DNA of 64,000 nucleotides from Antedon mediterranea (lineage: Eukaryota > Animalia > Echinodermata). Of this stretch, positions 61,442-64,000 are shown in pieces; the first letter of the stretch is position 1, and every line of letters starts with the position of its first letter. A model generated the notes under the pieces. The model had not been told where the DNA came from, did not search any database, and saw only the letters and a list, made by a program, of their open reading frames with translations. Position numbers and translations under genes: made by a program. The DNA lies in NCBI RefSeq assembly GCF_964355755.1, contig NC_092678.1, forward strand, positions 1,070,422 through 1,134,421, read 5' to 3'.

Positions 61442-62235
61442 TTTGACTCTACTCAGGTGCTATACCTTAGGTACATTGTCAAATAAACTACGTAGAATCA
61501 GAAAGATATGATGCTTGGAATTGTCCGTCGATGTTTAGCCAAAGGCATGCCTTACAAGACTGCGTTAACACGAGACCTGTACCGTGAATGGTATTGAATT
61601 TTACGCTCTTATGGTGTGCAAATAAAAGCGATTATAGAAATTAGATGACTGGAAAATTAACAAAAGATTTCGATTCAATTCAACTTAATTCACTTTTATT
61701 CAGGATCAATTGGCACAATAGTAGGTCTATAAAGAAGAAAATAATATCAAAATCTAAACAATGATGAAATACAGGTTACTGACTCAAAATTATGTTTCCA
61801 GAATATTATTATGTATAACGTCAAACATTTTTTTATAAAGAGAGGAAGTTACTGATCCCTACAAATATTGATACAACCTTACCTGCTATCTATGCCACGA
61901 ACCCTACACTACTGTATTAATTGGTTTCTAAAGCTCAGTTCCCACTATGACGCAACGCAAGAATGTGAGCGCAACGCAAGTAATTTGACCAATCACGATG
62001 CAAAGGATCATCATAATTATCGCTTGCGATTGGTCGATTTAATTGCGTTGCGTGTACCCCATTGCGTTGTGTCCTGGTGGGACCCAAGATTAAGTCTTTT
62101 CCGGTTTAGATGTTAATTATTCCAACTCTTTAGAGACTGATGTACAACTGCCATCCAAACATCTATTTGCATGTATATTGCATATTATGCAAGCAGTTGT
62201 AAGTTTGCGTTATATTATAAGCAAAATCACGTATA

Positions 62236-62375
62236 AAGATCTGTCTACACTAGTTGGACAAGAAAGGTGTGATTTGCCCAAATATAATAGTAGTAATATG
62301 CCATCATCGTGTCCATATATGGGCACAGCACATTTTTTTTGTCACATAAAGTTTGATAGTGTAGACAGAGCTTTA
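62236..62375. mobile_element. Second MITE family (tctgtctacacta..tagtgtagacagagc); copies near 5436-5577, 47470-47612, 53600-54290
   Basis: Inverted ends and shared internal atgtgcccatat / catatttggg motifs. Confidence 0.7.
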
Positions 62376-62772
62376 GACTGAATTTTACCAGATACAAGTT
62401 TAGCTAACATTTACCGTTTATACATACAATGCAAGCTCAGTGGTCGAGATTTGATTCTAAGTTTGTGAGCTGTTTCTTTCTCGAGAAGAAGCATTCTCAT
62501 TAAATAGTATTATAATAATATTATTGAATATATACGTCATGTTGGCCAAAATTCGCCCCATAGATTATTTTTAATGTTGCAATCAAAACGATAGAAACTT
62601 AGTTATTTATTCACTATTTTTTATTTATTACATATACATAAAATTGACGAGGTGACCAGATTAGAATTCAATGAAACATCGACAAAAGTAGACCAATTTC
62701 ACTAATTGTTGTCAGTCGGTTTGTCCGTCTATCATTCCGTTAGTAAGGACAACATCCAATCGGAGCAGCATC

Positions 62773-63494
62773 CTAATACCGTGGGTCTATTGCTGAGATC
62801 TCATCGATGACGTCACCAGTATATCTGTCAACACGAAAACACCTGACAAAAGGGATAAACAACGTTATGTTATTAAACGTTTTCAAATATAATGGTAAAT
62901 AGTAATTGCTTATGAATGGGTCCGCATTATATAAAAGGAGGTTCAACATAAATGTAACCACATAACCTGAAAAATATACGAGAAAAAATAAAAAAACTTA
63001 CTTTTCGTCAATGCATTGTACCGACGCAAAATGGCCGTCTTGGTCGCAAGTTGGTGGTCGTAAATGGTTCTCACTTCGTTGAATATTTTCAAGAATATCG
63101 TTCTCTACAATTCGACACCTAAAGAAAACAAAACATTCTTATTTTTGTCTTTTTCATCATACACATTCTTTTTCCTATTATCAGTATCATGAAAATCACC
63201 ACAAAAGTTCCATGGCTTCGATTTCTATAGTAGCTTACTAAAGCTTGGTTCCCACTAGGACGTAGACGCAACGCAAGCGAGTTGACCAATTACACGCGAC
63301 TGTTGGAATAATCTACTATCATTATGTGATTGGCCAAATCACTTTGCGTTGCGCTACGTCACTGCGTTGCGTCCTAGTGGGAACCAAGCTTTAAACGTGG
63401 ATAGAATAGGCTACTACAATATAATTATGTTGCTATGTATTGTATTATTGTATCAAAGAAGAACACACATACCTTGGCATCCAGAATTTATAAT
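62773..63494 (-). CDS. 3' exons of a thyroglobulin type-1 (TY) domain protein; 5' part beyond the window; possibly degenerate
   Basis: Exons 63494-63473, 63118-63002, 62842-62773 splice in phase to YKFWMPRCRIVENDILENIQRSENHLRPPTCDQDGHFASVQCIDEKCFRVDRYTGDVI, matching PxCxxxGxFxxxQC..CxCVDxxxG. Confidence 0.8.
63241..63391. mobile_element. Complete copy of the Harbinger-like MITE family
   Basis: AAGCTTGGTTCCCACTAGGACG..CGTCCTAGTGGGAACCAAGCTT perfect inverted ends flanked by TA. Confidence 0.85.
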
Positions 63495-64000
63495 CTACGA
63501 AATAAATAAAGCATAAAGAATGAGTCAAGTTGTTATATCAATATTTATATATTTTGATGCACAATGTAACTAACTTTATGTCGGTTATTTCATAAAAAGT
63601 CTATTTGTTTAATACAGGTAGAGTCATTGATACGACGCATTGGATTGCAGGATATTTACAGGATATTTAGAGGATATACGACGGAACATTCCGAACAACA
63701 ATATGAGCGCTTAAGACAAAATGTCATAGGCTAAACGTCATGAAATGTACATACACATAGAAATGTATATAAGGTAAAACATACTTTAAAATTAGGCCTA
63801 CATTTATAATAGACACGAAAAAAATTACATATAAACAATTTGTTCGGGTAGAAGAAACTTCATATGGGAGGTATACTACGAAGGACATTGTTGTTATTGT
63901 TGTGAATTTGATTAAAATTGCAAGTGTAGCTACTTTTTGTGATAATTGGTTTACCTTGTTCCGCTCTACATTCACAAATAGTACAGTCCCTTTCATCCTT

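Overview
AT-rich, intron-containing animal genomic DNA, probably a marine invertebrate (echinoderm-like repeats; taxon is an inference). No prokaryotic features. The window holds a minus-strand cluster of IL-17-receptor-family genes rebuilt here exon by exon. Receptor A (16902-~40402) has an IL-17R-type FnIII D1/D2 ectodomain, an EGF + 2xHYR stalk, a TM helix and a SEFIR/SEFEX domain resembling IL17RD/Sef. Receptor B (52972-61441) has the same ectodomain exon plan, a 2xEGF stalk and a TM helix, but a short Ser-rich tail with no SEFIR. A ~42.3 kb tandem duplication (1-9936 matches 42175-52266) has its junction inside a 5'-truncated IQUB pseudogene (9937-12478) and predicts another receptor-A copy left of the window. 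Introns carry an intact young Gypsy LTR retrotransposon (HHDD RT motif, -1 frameshift signal), a decayed THAP DNA element with a nested piggyBac-like MITE, a tRNA-Lys(CTT) array, many MITEs and MITE-seeded minisatellites; a non-autonomous Academ-like element lies just 3' of receptor A. The 3' end of a thyroglobulin type-1 domain gene is at the right edge. All gene models are by eye from GT-AG sites and phase, without expression data.
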